From Phoronis australis (taxonomy: Eukaryota > Animalia > Phoronida), in the NCBI GenBank assembly GCA_002633005.1, contig NMRA01000292.1:484458-548457 (forward strand): 64,000 nt of DNA, read 5' to 3'. Positions 26,901 to 39,055 of this stretch are shown here, in pieces. The position numbers and the translations under genes are program-made. The stretch's first letter is position 1. Every line of letters starts with the position of its first letter. The notes beneath the pieces were generated by a model that saw only the letters and a program-made list of their open reading frames with translations, was not told the DNA's origin and made no database searches.

Positions 26901-29900
26901 CGCCACCTATTGGGTTCTTACTCGGATCATAACAAGTCATGTTCTAAGGTTGGTCAGAACATGAAATCAGAAATTGAAGTACGAACTTAAATTTGTTGAC
27001 TATTTTTCGATGTATCTAGCCAAAATTGCGGCTGGAACATGAACGCGACCTCGTTTGAAACATTATTTTTTATTTCTAGTTTACTATTCAGAAGATGGGT
27101 CTTTTCAATGTGTTTAGACCAAAGCTGCAACTGGAACTAGCCCGTGTGTTGGTTCTTTGTGACGTGAAGCACGGGACTGTTATCATACGTCAGGGACAGC
27201 AGTCATGTTACATCTATTACATTTTGAGAGGCTTCATAGCTGTCACCAAAACCATAAATCTTCCAGACGGTAAAGTGTACTTCTGTTCCATTCATCTCAT
27301 GACGTAATCGTCCAACGTTAAATTGTCGATTTACAGTTCCTCTTACCAACATCACGAATTTTGGGAAATCTGTATAAAAACGCTATTGACCTTATAAAGA
27401 TAACAAAACCTTATGCTCGTGCATGCCTGACAGAGATTTGTGGGATACTTTCTAGCCTCGTTCCAGTCTTCATTCGCGTGAGCAGTTGGCCGGAAATGTA
27501 GATGTAACTTGTAATTTCTCGGGGCGGGCTGAGAATGAACGACTTCCTAGTACAATCGAGTGCTCGTATATAAGTGTCCCTCTATCAGTAATAAGTGTCA
27601 ATGCACGTCACTTCCCTTCCCCCCAAATTTGTCGTTCTAGATATGTATAAATGTAACCGTAACAATACCCATGGTCGCTGGTACTAATTTGAGACAAACA
27701 GGGGTTACTTTGCTGCAACGGTAGAGAAACGCGCCCTTCCACCTCTGCACATTTATTCTGAATGGCAGATGTTCAATACAAGGCAGTCGATCAGCCTGTT
27801 TAAGACTTGGACAACTGTTAGATAATGCACGTTCCTTTGTTGCTTCAAAAATGCATTGCTTGATGCTTAGAAGTCTTACGCAGCGCTAATTAAGTCAGGC
27901 TGCAGACTTGGCAAACTTTAAAAGAAAATGCCACCCAAAAAACTACCTAGTTTGTATCAGTTTAGATCGAGTAGTTCCACTCGATAACAGCAAGTACAGC
28001 TCTTTTAACCGACACCTGACGGCAGACGGAGGTTTTGAAATTTTTCAATGACGTCAGAGGTTCGAATGTAGTCTGTTCAGCAGTCCACAACACGCTTACT
28101 GGTGTCAGGTTATGGTTTGAATTCATCGTTTTACACGAATAAATCATCAAAATTCGAAGGAAAACTCTTACAAATATATTGAGATATTGAACAAACGTGT
28201 TATTTTATTTCGCTGTTACGGGTTTATAGGTATTTGAACGTACAAAGTTCGGTAGGCCAATTTACCAAGGTCGGTCACGAGAGTTTGGGTTCTGTTCGGT
28301 GATAAAATCAAATTATTCGTCCGTGAAATACAGACAGGAGAACATAGCTGTGTGTTGTAATTTTAGACTTGCGATTTTTTTCAGTTCTAAATACACAAAA
28401 CGCTTGCTATCCTGCCCAGTGGCTCGGAACCCGATCAGGCCCACTGATCGCGGCCGGACTGAAGACATTGCGAACATAAACCAGTCAAAGTTGGAAACTA
28501 AACTTTTAGTCACGAAAAGACTATACTAGTGAGCCAAAGAAAAAATGTGCGCGTGGTTATTTTGGGGAATTAGCCTCAAAACTACAAATCTACTTACTAG
28601 CTCGTCGGGGGCCGCGAAGTCAGGTTACCCTTTCTCAGAACCGTCAGGGCAAAAGTTGTATAGTAACAATGATTCGATACTGTATATGAATCCCGAAATA
28701 AAGATTTCCCTAACATCTGAGCATAGAATATAAAATCGAGTTATTGTTTCACAACAGCTTTCTGTCAGCAAACACTGAATTAGCATGCGCTCACACGACC
28801 TCGGTGCCCGGTCAGTTAATTTATTGCATCTAAAGTCGGTAACGCAGTGATTTATTCAGTGCTGGCTTCTCAAATCATTTGCACTCACGAACACTTCAAG
28901 GCATTACAAACTAATGAGACAGACTTTGTTTCAGTTTTATATAAGTATTGGTTAGGGTGAGAATAACTCATTTTAAAAGCGCACAACGTCAACGTGGCAA
29001 CTCGTAATCCCTTAAGCGAGTGTTCATCCGACGAAGACTTCGCCTTTGGATCGTTAGGTTTCACACGCTATCAGTTTGAACCGCAATACACTGATCAAGA
29101 AATAATAGAGAGGCTCCGAACGTGAACAGACAACGAAACATATGGATAGTTCCGAAACCGTTTGAATGACTTGTCATGGTGTCAGTGAGCTAACTGCATG
29201 ATAATGGAGAAACGATTGACGCTTGCGTTTGCTGCCACGAAATTCCGCAAGTGAAACGCCTTCTTTGAGAAGCACAAATGTGTCTCAAGGACCATATTCT
29301 GGTTTTGCACCGCACCTAAAAAGCGGTGTGCTTACTATTTTTAGGGCTGAGAAAAAGAACTGGGGAAAACATACTACACACAGAAGACCAAACACAAGTC
29401 TCACGAACGAGCCAGTCACCAAACAGATTATATAAAACGTTGTGTTCTCACGCCTTGAATTAATTGTATGTTTATGTTCTCATGGCCAACTACATAATCA
29501 AAAACTGATCAACAACCCGGCGATCCGACGAAATGCAGGCCACTGACAGACAGGAGAAATTTCACGGCCTCATACTTGATATTAACGGTGTACGTTTTAT
29601 TCTTCACTACTTCCAAAGCTTTATGGGCCTTCGAGGAAATCGAAAAAAGCTATTTATCCGCTTTCCTCGCAGCTTCATAGTTCGCACAAGCGGGAAAGAT
29701 ACACCACACCATAGCGGCACTCACCCTGCAGAAGAACCACTGACATCGCTGCGTCGTTTCTCACCTTCCTCACTGGTTAACGCGACACCTCTCGGCGAGG
29801 TAATATCTAACGTATTCGAGGTGATGTAGATATAGATCAATTAAGACGCTAAAAAGACTAATTAAATCGGGTGGCATTCTCCTTTAACTTTTATACATGA

Positions 29901-32900
29901 GTCCGAGTAAGACGAATATTAGTATGTCGTCACTTCCTATGGTTAATCATGTGACATCACTTATACAAAGAAACTGATACTGCAATACATAATTAGGAAT
30001 GCTACCACACTCCATTGAAGAACAAAAACAAAGGGCTCCATCCCAAAGCATTCGCACAGCATGGAGCTTTGGCTGAATACGCATAATACCAATAACTAGT
30101 AAAAAAGGATTCCGGTAGTTCCAAAACATCAACCAAGCTATTTATTCCAGCCAATCAGGGCGCGGTAAAATTTAAACACTGCGATCGCCTTCCATCTTGG
30201 CCTAAAAACATTAGTTGATAACGAAAGCATAAAGGTGTTTATCGATGAGCTGAGTACACTTACAGTGCAGATCATCGATTTACCAATATGGTAAGGTGCT
30301 TGCGGACGTAAAATCACGTGGCAGATCTCGTGATCAACTGAATATTCGTCCGGGAATGTACGTCAGAAGCCATAGTGAAATTAATTTAAATTCGTAACGT
30401 GTCGCAAATATTCTTTTCTTTATTACTAACAATCAAATGTATGGACAGGAACATATAATGGCGACAGCATTTGTGACTTTCGGATACGTGACTTCGTCGA
30501 CAAGAGTCGTAAATTCTTATTTTCAACACCAGACCACTAGCGGCAACCAACAAAACTTCACGCTATCTAATTTCAAGAATTTTTTCAAGAAGACTACCTG
30601 TTTGAACCAATCTCACACTCGAATAAAGTTGAATTGATGTGAATGGATTGGTAATTTATAAATGGACTCAGAGGTTTTCTACCCACGGCTAGTCCAAATT
30701 GTTGGTCACTCCATGACTGCAAAAGTTTCAGTGGAATTTCGTATAGGGATCACATCAAAAAGAATCTGTTGTCGTAGCAAAGAGTGTGGTACAATAGGGA
30801 ACACATGCGAAATTGTTGAGTGGAGATGAAACCAGAAATGAGCTGGGAGCACAATGTAATGAATAGTTGGAAAATACACAGGATGGTACTGACATAATCA
30901 CAGGGGCCTGGCCAGCGGTCATTACAAAATGTCCTTGGAAGTTCATGAACAAAATGAGGGCCAAATCTTATCACCACCTCAGCACATGTTGTCAGTGGTC
31001 AGGGGAGCAACCAAAATTTGTGACGATGGAAGGGGCTCAACACTCATGTAGAATACCCCCATCGGCTTTTACCTGTTTAGCACCCCTCCCATGTACCCCC
31101 TTTGCTGGCACCTGGAGGCAACTCCCCTCTAAACCCCCAGAAGCAATCATTAAAATTATGTAGTCCATGGAGGTATGAAATGTTATAAGGAACGATAATT
31201 TGCCATATTAAGAACACAAACATGAAACTAAACCTGTACCATGATGGCTTTTGAAAGGTGCTTCAAGGGCATGAAGCAAATACACTTTAACATTGATTTA
31301 AACAAACATTATCTTTCCCATTCGATTATACGCACTTCTCCCATTTTCAATCACACAGTATTTTTATTGCACGTCGAACGACACTGAAGTATGAACTTAT
31401 CAGTGTTTACATGGTTCGGACTCTGCCGCAAAATTAGTGTTGCACTAATTTTCGACCGATAACCATTGTGGCGAATGGCAAAACGGCTGAGTGAACTCTC
31501 CTATTGTACCGTACTCGTTCTGGTTACAGCCCAGGGCGCTTAAATTGGGAATCTAAAAAACAGGGGTGGGCGGTAAGCCGAGCATGGGCAGTAACCCAGA
31601 CGAGTACGGTACTACACTCCTTAGTTGTAGTACTTATGAAGGTCACTTCCGTCATATTTGAATTGCGCGTGTGGGACTCTACAACCTTAATTATGGTGAG
31701 TGTGATCTAACTGCTTTGTTCGGAACTATGTATTACTGCGATGTCATTGAAGTCCAGTGCCCGGTTGTATGAAACACTTCCAAATACGGACTCACTTAAT
31801 TTCCTTAAATCTAGTGCATATTTGTGGACTTGTGAAGACACCGATTGTCTTTTGTTATGCTGTTTTAAATCATTAGTAAGTCAACTTTTGGCTTTTGGTA
31901 CAAACCGAGAGTAAACTCTACGTTGAATTCTCAATATTATCGAAAATAAATAGGGATCATTTCTCGCAACGCCCCTAACTTAAGGACTGAGTCCCTATTC
32001 ATTTTCATTATACTCAGGGCTCAGTTTTTAGTAAAATTATTTTGAAATGTCATTAGTCAAAAAAGAGCTCATAATAAAGATGAAATGATAGATATGGATT
32101 ACTTTTGTGAATAAAGTGATATACAATTAACTTCGCAAAAGATTTAGGGAATTTCGTTGAGTCCCTATTTGAAACTGTTTCATGCAACCGAGCACTGGGC
32201 TTAATTCCGTAGACGCAAAAACTTCTAAAGCTAATGCTGTCACGTGCTTCTCCTGTAGTGCATGGCGACATCCCGCGCACACTTCCGCGATCTTTCCCGA
32301 GCGCCAATATGGTATTGTGAACGTTTGAAGTTGGTATACATTAATTTAGGTTCGACGGATACTTACCACATGGGTATACTCAGCGGAGGGGACTCGTTTG
32401 GTGAAGTTTCCCTCACAGAAAATCCTGCCGCGAGAGTTACCTTAACATGTAAGTGTAGATGCAACGAGTTTTTTTCACTTTTCATATTAACTTGTATTGA
32501 CAACTGGAATTCCTTAGCATTCAAAATCAGTAAAAGAAAGCACTTCAATTGTCACTCTCAAAAATAACTTTAAAATGCATACACTCAAGCAATACCCCAA
32601 TGTTTACAAAAAATATTCTGAAATTCCGCAATTGTGCAACAAAATTAATTTTTTTCTACATGGATGTCAAAAACTCAACCCAAATGAAAATAAGGTTTTA
32701 TTCGAAACAGTATCAGAATTTCTTTATAACATTAAATCTCTATGTGTGAGTGAATAGAATTGTATAAATGTTTATGAAAATGAATTTCTTACATTCGTAA
32801 TTATTTATCATTGTAATCTTAACATCAGTTTTTTTAATTTGTGTATTCGTGTATAATAATGGTTTATAGACTTCTTTGTATTTTTTAACCCAGATCTAAT

Positions 32901-35900
32901 GCCTCTTGGCGCTTTCTGGGTTATGTATATTCATTGTATTCTGAAGATTTCGTAATAAACATTTAAAAAAACTTTTCATTTTATGCCACCTGTGTGCACG
33001 ATTGGTTCGATCCACTGAACTGAACAAAAGCTGCGCGTAGTGCACTTAGACACGTTTGAGGGATTTCATGATTATACGGGATACCGCAGGAGTCTCATTT
33101 CGGTCGCTTGGTAACAACATCAATCGCTAGGTGTCTTTTGAGACGGGCAGAATGGAATCATGTAGCCTAGTTAGTGATCACGACTGCTGATTGAGCTACG
33201 CCTAAGACCTCTCAAAGGCGGATCATAGGAGGCCCCAAAGGCCTCTGGCTTCCTCACTCCAAACTCGAACAACTAAAGAAGAAGAAAAAATGACGCCATC
33301 ATGATACTATTGGTGGGGGTGACATAGACATCTTTCTTTGGAAATTTGTGCCCGCCCCATCTTTGCCAAGCCCTAGATCCGCTAGTGCCTCTTATCTAAC
33401 ACGGTGACTAAACTTGTGTGTCAAATATCTCTAAATAAGAAACTTACAGGAATCAACCCTACGGAGAATATAGGGAGCACGTTCAATTGACCAAGTACAT
33501 TGGGGGGCACAGAACAGTTCGCACTGGGTTTTGCCAAGCTAACTTACGCATCACTGGATTTGTCACCTTTTCTTCACTCTGTCGAAAATCGGATGCAAAG
33601 AATGACATGTTTTCAGTCATTTCATATAAAACGTCCCACAGATGAGCACAGAAACTTTAATGTGTCTTGTATTTTTGGCCTTTTCACTCCTACTGAAAAG
33701 CAAGGTAGGCCAAGAAAAAGGGGCAAAGAAATATAAAAATAACATGTAACTCAGCAACGTCCTTTTGGTCAATGAAGTGAAATTAAAGGAAGCGATATGG
33801 GGAATGAAGAATTTTACAAAAAGTATGTGTTGTTGAAGTGAGCTGTGTTGGAGTGTATAAAGAAAGAGGTGTTCGTATAACTTATCTAACGCATGCGTGA
33901 AGACGTGTGCTGAAGGTAATCACGAAACTGATCCGTCTTTTACCTGCCATAGACAAAATGCATGCGCCTTCTAAAGTCCGATTGGAATCCTTTGTATATT
34001 GTTATCAGTTCACTTAACGCGGTTGTGGTGCATTAGAAAATGTTGATTGGCAAGGGTGACATTCTCCCGTTTGGTGTGAACGTTTAAGACCCAATGATTG
34101 AATTGATAGAAATATACGAGTGCAAGGCGAGTGTTTCGCGATGTAAGATATAAACTGGCCGCCATTAGAGTGATTGTGAGGCTGAATGTTGAATTATGGG
34201 AAAAACTCATGGATTTCGTCTCAGCAGGGAGTGCCGCAAGTGTCTCGCGAGTGTCTTGCATTCACTTAGACCCAAGATATTCGTGTGACACTTTCCGTGA
34301 GAAAGCTTTTCTCATGAAATGGAAACGGTGAGTTTTATCTCTCAGCTCAACATTCCAACCTCACCGATCGACCAATCGCTCTAGTGGACGACATTTTTCT
34401 GGGGCTTCATAGTAGCTCTCAGCTAACTCTCGAAACAACCGCCTTTCACTCGTGTGAATTTGTATGATCTTGCGTGATCTTGCTCTTCGGCAAATTTCTG
34501 GAGTCTACAGAACAATTCGAATACACCACGACGTGACCTTGGCTTGAATCGACGAAAAAGAGTGGCGCCTGTAACTTGAGCATGTTGAAGAGCGGTATTG
34601 GTTGGGAGTACTAAATTTACACTGGGAGAATGCATCCCTTTGTTGGAATATCGCAAATATCGCACAATAGGTTTCAAATGAAAAAAATAAGTCGATATCA
34701 ATGCTAATCATAAGGTAACATTTTGTCCTTGTTTTTGATTGTTAAGGCATAGGAGATACTCAACTACTCAAGCTTAATGTGGAGGATTGTAACAAGTGCC
34801 TGCAGGGTGAATATATAAATCAATTTGCCGCGGGGTATAAAGCAATTCATACGATGGACTTCTTCAAGGGTTGGCGAGAACTTGACCTTGAAGAAACTTA
34901 CCTCAGCTCCAAAACAGAGACATTTGAACCTCACAAGGTAAACTGTTCAAAACACTGTCACTGCGTGAGTAAGTCCGCCAAAATGAAATATTCTGGGAAC
35001 ATGACACGTCTCGAATAACACAAACTAGCCACACCATATACTAGTCACTGTTTAGCAAATAAGTAAAACCGCGTCCAGTAACTACGGAATTAAATGTCGA
35101 AGTCCCTGACATTTTTCAAGAAGGTTTCTTCTTGTACATAAGCCTTGTCATTAGTTAGAAAAGTTAGGACATTTTTAGATAACAATCCAAGAATCGTGGT
35201 CATTTAAAAGCACCTCAGAAATTTGGCTTCAGGTGGCCACAAAGATCAATAGATTAAAGTTGTATTTCGCCTTGCTTAGATGTAGTGAATAAATGCAAAA
35301 ACACAAATAAAACTGGATAATGATTTTGTAACTTTAAACTCATCAAAACAAGAAAAGGTGGTATCTAATTAGTGATAGTTTCGTTGTTCAGGGGTGCGTT
35401 CCGTGTCGCGACACACTTGAGGTGAAAAATCTTAGCTTATTGAAGGTGTAGCGTGTTTACTTACACAGCTTTGTCCAACTGCTCCATCCTCGAGGACCAA
35501 TCATATCAGTGGCGGCCACTCTGCGTCAGGTCATGAGCGCCCTCGCGACACACCGTCTTGCCTTACACTCGAGTGATTTTGTGTGGTCTTGCGTAATCTT
35601 GACATACTTCAAAAAAACTAGTGCTACGGAACGCAGTCCTGACTTTGTTTTGTATTTCGTAGCTAGTTTTCAGAGCACAGGATACGTTGAAACACGAAAA
35701 CATGTACTTTATCTTGTCTGGAGTATGCGAAATTATTCGGGAAGCGATTCTTGAGAAAGTAACCACAAAGTACGGGTTGTCAAAAGTGATTCTGTGCGAC
35801 AACCAGGACATGGGCCAACTGGGATCGTCCAATCGTTTTGAGCGCCATTTGTGGAGATTGTTTCAACTAAAAGCAGGAGATTACTTTTCAGCAGGTGAAT

Positions 35901-36665
35901 ATTTTTAAATAATTTTAGTGTTATTAAATAAGCATTCAAACAATTCTGAGGGTAATGATTAATCTAACCAGTCGAACATGTACATCTGGCCTAACAGACG
36001 TCACCATCTCCGCTTCCGTTGCTTTTTGTGCCCGTTTCTACTGGCTTTAACTTTTCAGGTGAAGACTTAACAAACACGCACATAATCTCGAACTCAGTAG
36101 TAAAAGTTCTGGCCATAAAGAAGTTGATTGTAAGAAAATGCGGTCACGAAGCAGACATGATATCACTGGGAGAGAAACTGCAAGCCAAACTTCCTTCAAC
36201 GCAACAGCTATTCAAGCAGTAAGTAGAGCCATGAGGAATTTGGCAAGTTTTTCGCCATACCTTCGTTGTTTTTCGTGTATCATAATATTTGCCAGACTAA
36301 ATATTCGCATTTCTTAATTACAGTTTGGTACCTAGTACAGGTGAGAGAAACAATGTAGTGATAAAAAGGCAATTAAATGGAAGTTCAGAGTTATGCTTTC
36401 GTCCCAAAGGTCAAAGCTCTCGGTCAATAAAAATACATCTGTTTCAGCTAAGCAGTAAATCATATTCAATTCATGTAACTCCGTTAATTCTTCTCTCCCT
36501 GTTAAATTGCAACACAAATCCTTGGGAAAACAGTCTGGTAATAAGGCTAATACTATAAGACGTTGAATTTTTAGGTATATGATATCTCGTGAATGGCACA
36601 AGTATCGGACAAGTGTTACTCAAGAGTGCAAGGGATCTCTAGGAAGGATTATAAAAAAACAATGA
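20573..36665 (+). CDS. Cyclic nucleotide-binding domain-containing protein (CNBD1/CNBD2-like), 9 coding exons, 522 aa
   Basis: join(20573-20929,22425-22509,24874-25037,27080-27269,32350-32448,34747-34937,35663-35894,36059-36218,36575-36665). All introns are GT-AG with compatible phases and the joined 1569 nt is open. Motifs: ITFDVNEYK, LKFPERRTLEDI, GTVIIRQGQ..CYIYYILRG, GDSFGEVSL, second CNB MYFILSGVCEIIR..GDYF, terminal EWHKYR. Exons 1-2 are less certain. Confidence 0.85.
22425..22509 (+). CDS. CNBD-like gene, exon 2
   Basis: ttag| TRIWTRLTMRKVVGVLHPRNFPHTDRTK G|gtaagt; phase 0 in, phase 1 out. Confidence 0.6.
24874..25037 (+). CDS. CNBD-like gene, exon 3
   Basis: cag| FEAKVGGEIITFDVNEYKRRGHSGNPLSMLRRSTCILLLKFPERRTLEDIRNIH |gtaggc. 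Confidence 0.8.
27080..27269 (+). CDS. CNBD-like gene, exon 4 (CNB domain 1 start)
   Basis: ttctag| FTIQKMGLF...GTVIIRQGQQSCYIYYILRGFIAV...PD G|gtaaag. Confidence 0.9.
27922..29883 (+). mobile_element. TTAA-flanked MITE family B, copy 2 (in CNBD intron 4)
   Basis: TTAA|AAGAAAATGCCACCC ... GGGTGGCATTCTCCT|TTAA. Inverted homolog of 16582-18210 with an extra segment at ~29153-29525. Confidence 0.9.
31509..31609. mobile_element. Tiny Tc1/mariner(pogo)-type MITE with TA flanks
   Basis: TA|CCGTACTCGTTCTGGTTACAGCCCA ... TGGGCAGTAACCCAGACGAGTACGG|TA. Confidence 0.75.
31749..32205. mobile_element. MITE-like element with ~60-bp imperfect TIRs
   Basis: CCAGTGCCCGGTTGTATGAAACACTTCCAAATACGGACTCA pairs with TGAGTCCCTATTTGAAACTGTTTCATGCAACCGAGCACTGG. 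Confidence 0.7.
32350..32448 (+). CDS. CNBD-like gene, exon 5 (phosphate-binding cassette)
   Basis: tttag| STDTYHMGILSGGDSFGEVSLTENPAARVTLT T|gtaagt. Confidence 0.9.
32465..32970 (+). mobile_element. LINE 3' remnant in CNBD intron 5
   Basis: CIDNWNSL and FFLHGCQKLNPNENKVLFETVSEFL resemble LINE ORF2 C-termini. Ends with AATAAA and an A-run at ~32954-32971. Confidence 0.6.
33512..33735 (+). repeat. Dispersed repeat family A, copy 2 (truncated)
   Basis: Aligns with the reverse complement of ~360-571; the ORF translations 194-532 and 33500-33736 are also visibly similar (SPFLHSV..SFHI..PTDEHRNF..SCIF..FTP). Confidence 0.75.
34747..34937 (+). CDS. CNBD-like gene, exon 6
   Basis: ttaag| (C)IGDTQLLKLNVEDCNKCL...MDFFKGW...FEPHK |gtaaac. 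Confidence 0.85.
35663..35894 (+). CDS. CNBD-like gene, exon 7 (CNB domain 2)
   Basis: cgtag| LVFRAQDTLKHENMYFILSGVCEIIRE...LKAGDYFSA G|gtgaat. Confidence 0.9.
36059..36218 (+). CDS. CNBD-like gene, exon 8
   Basis: ttttcag| EDLTNTHIISNSVVKVLAI...LPSTQQLFK CA|gtaagt. Confidence 0.85.
36575..36665 (+). CDS. CNBD-like gene, exon 9 (terminal)
   Basis: ttttag| (Q)YMISREWHKYRTSVTQECKGSLGRIIKKQ*. Confidence 0.8.
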
Positions 36666-36975
36666 CAACCAAGAAGGACATATTTAAGTATCTGTTGCAA
36701 GATTCTGAAGAATGCTGTTTTGAATAATTTAAGACAATTTTTTAAGAAATGACTATCAGTTTTCTCCGTTTCATTTTGAGATACGCCCACAACTCAGGTC
36801 AAAACACGAAACAAACCGCGACACATGAAGTCAGTAGCACAAACATTTGCTTTTATAAAACGGAAAAAGAAAGGTGGCAGCACTGTACGTAAACATTTCG
36901 TACTGAGGCACAAACTGGTAAATCAGTGTTTTTTACTTCCGCAAGAAATAATTGATTGGTGGCATTCTCGCTTCG

Positions 36976-37256
36976 CAGTGGCGGATTTAGGGTGGGGGGC
37001 AAGTGGGCCATGGCAGTTCGGGTGCGAATTGCTGACTAGCACACGCGCGTAACCAGGGGGGCTCGGGGCTGAATAAACAATGCATAGGCCCTTAACAAAC
37101 CCCGTTTACCGTTTTTTTTTTAGTCAAAAGGTCCGCAAACACAAAAAATCGAGACCCCTGCATCCCTACACTTTAGGCTGGACGCACGCATCTGCCGAAA
37201 TTCTGGTTATTCCTGTGCCCTGGTCCCCCTAACTCGAAATCCTGGATCCGCCCCTG
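36976..37256. mobile_element. CAGTGGCGGAT/ATCCGCCCCTG-type MITE with 5-bp TSD (CTTCG)
   Basis: CTTCG|CAGTGGCGGATTTAGG ... CCTGGATCCGCCCCTG|CTTCG. A degenerate relative lies at ~33217-33387. Confidence 0.75.
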
Positions 37257-39055
37257 CTTCGCGTATTCAAACGCTTGACATGGAAACCTTGGCCTGCAAC
37301 CAGTTGTGTATCCCAAAGAATATGTTACGTGTGCTAAGTGACTTTAGTTTTTTATTGTTCGTCCAACAAGTGAGCATTCGAAAAATACGAGGCGTATAGC
37401 TTTTTAAATTTGAATTTGTGGGCATTTTCAAAACATTTTTATAATAGTGCGTTATTAGTGGAACGTGGCAGATCTCGCGGTATGCTCTTGCACAGATTCA
37501 AACTGGCATTTCCTACGGTGCGCTAAGTCAACCTCAGGCACATAAATGTCTTAACAAACGGTTTGGCAATGGGTTCAGGCTAAGATCCGATTGGTTCTCG
37601 ATGACGACTTCTGGCTTTAAACCAATCAGATGTCTCTGTCAGTTCAGCCGGCGGAACCGGCGAAGTCAATCAAGAGCAAACACTACTAAAAGATCGTCAT
37701 CGAGCAGACACCGAATATGCCCATGGCAACAGACATTAAAATCCAAGAAATAACTCTTCATTCTACCCAATGCTATGTTTCATAGAGCACGTACATGAAC
37801 CTCTGTCATGCCTTGAAACTATTCTAACGCAAACAGTCACAAAAAGTCTTTCCAGAGAAACTCGCGCCCCGATGTTTGATTTTGAAAGCGGTACTTTTGC
37901 GAACGGGATAAAGCACGTAGACTCATGGACGATTGTGGCATAAAAAGTTTGACGTAATAATAAAACCCACAGTTGGCCACATGTATCTCTCTGAAGTGTA
38001 AGGAGTCCAATGGCAATGTAAAATGTATTAAATACAAACACATGAGGAGTTCTCAGGAGAACATAAATATGGTCGCGGGTCGAGAGACCTCCGGGAATAA
38101 TTCAGTAATCAGCCAGACTTAGAGAGTTGTTGAATACGCGGGAATAAATCAACACGACAGGTGTATGGAGCATCATTTATTTGTAATTTCATACAAATTC
38201 TGTGAACCACAGAGACAGTATACAGCGATCATTTATTGCGAATTCTGGTTTGTTTGAGCACTACCTGAAATTGCCTCAGTCACTACACTGCAATGCCACA
38301 CTGCTACAGAGAGGAGGTCGCCATTTTAAAGTAAATGAAATCTACATCGGTACTCGGGGACTTCTGATTCACAGCAAGTTCACGAGCGCAAACAAACCAA
38401 ATTTTATGGTACCTACGCCCAATGCAAGCCTCAAAACTTATACCAAATCAGACCTAAACTACAAACGTGATTTCTATGGAGTGCAAATTGCCCGTGGCTA
38501 CAGTACAATGCCGCCTGCCCGCAGCTGCAACCTGACTGTACAGGGCCACCAAACACCTCCAAGGCTTTGTCGAAGGGACACTTCGAAGCTACAGGAATAC
38601 CCGAGGTGCTCTGGATGAATCCATTCGAAACATCTCTGGTATTTTTTTTATCCTCAAATTTCGCCTCCGAGGTAAACTTTATCTGTGCTTATGCTAACTT
38701 TTGTCAAACTGCAAATCGTTCTCTAGTTTGAAAGTCACATAAGTTGCCGTATGCACTGCACATACGTACATAATGTTCACAACGAGGCTACGAAAATACC
38801 AGAAGTGTTCCATATGGGTAAAATTCATCCATTGACGTTTTGGGTATTTCCGCAGTATCAGTTACATTCATTGGCGATCCAAACAGTACATTGACAGGGA
38901 GAGATGTAACAAAAATATACCTAATTTTCACAAGTTTGTTCTACGTGTTATAATGCTGAAAAATTAATTGCATATAAAAATTCTGTATATGGCAGCTTCT
39001 CTGCGAAAATTTTATTGTTCACTTTAGCTCCATGTAGCAGTTGTTTGCTTTATAC

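Noticed and set aside
34131-34331. ORF ending near a GTGAG donor as an extra CNBD exon
   Set aside because: Exon 5 joins exon 6 in phase and gives a continuous CNB fold (VTLT-C-IGDTQLL) without it.
36324-36558. Alternative terminal CNBD exon (acceptor at 36323, ORF 36325-36558)
   Set aside because: Phase-compatible but with no conserved motif, whereas 36575-36665 gives the expected WxxY helix. It cannot be excluded as a minor isoform.
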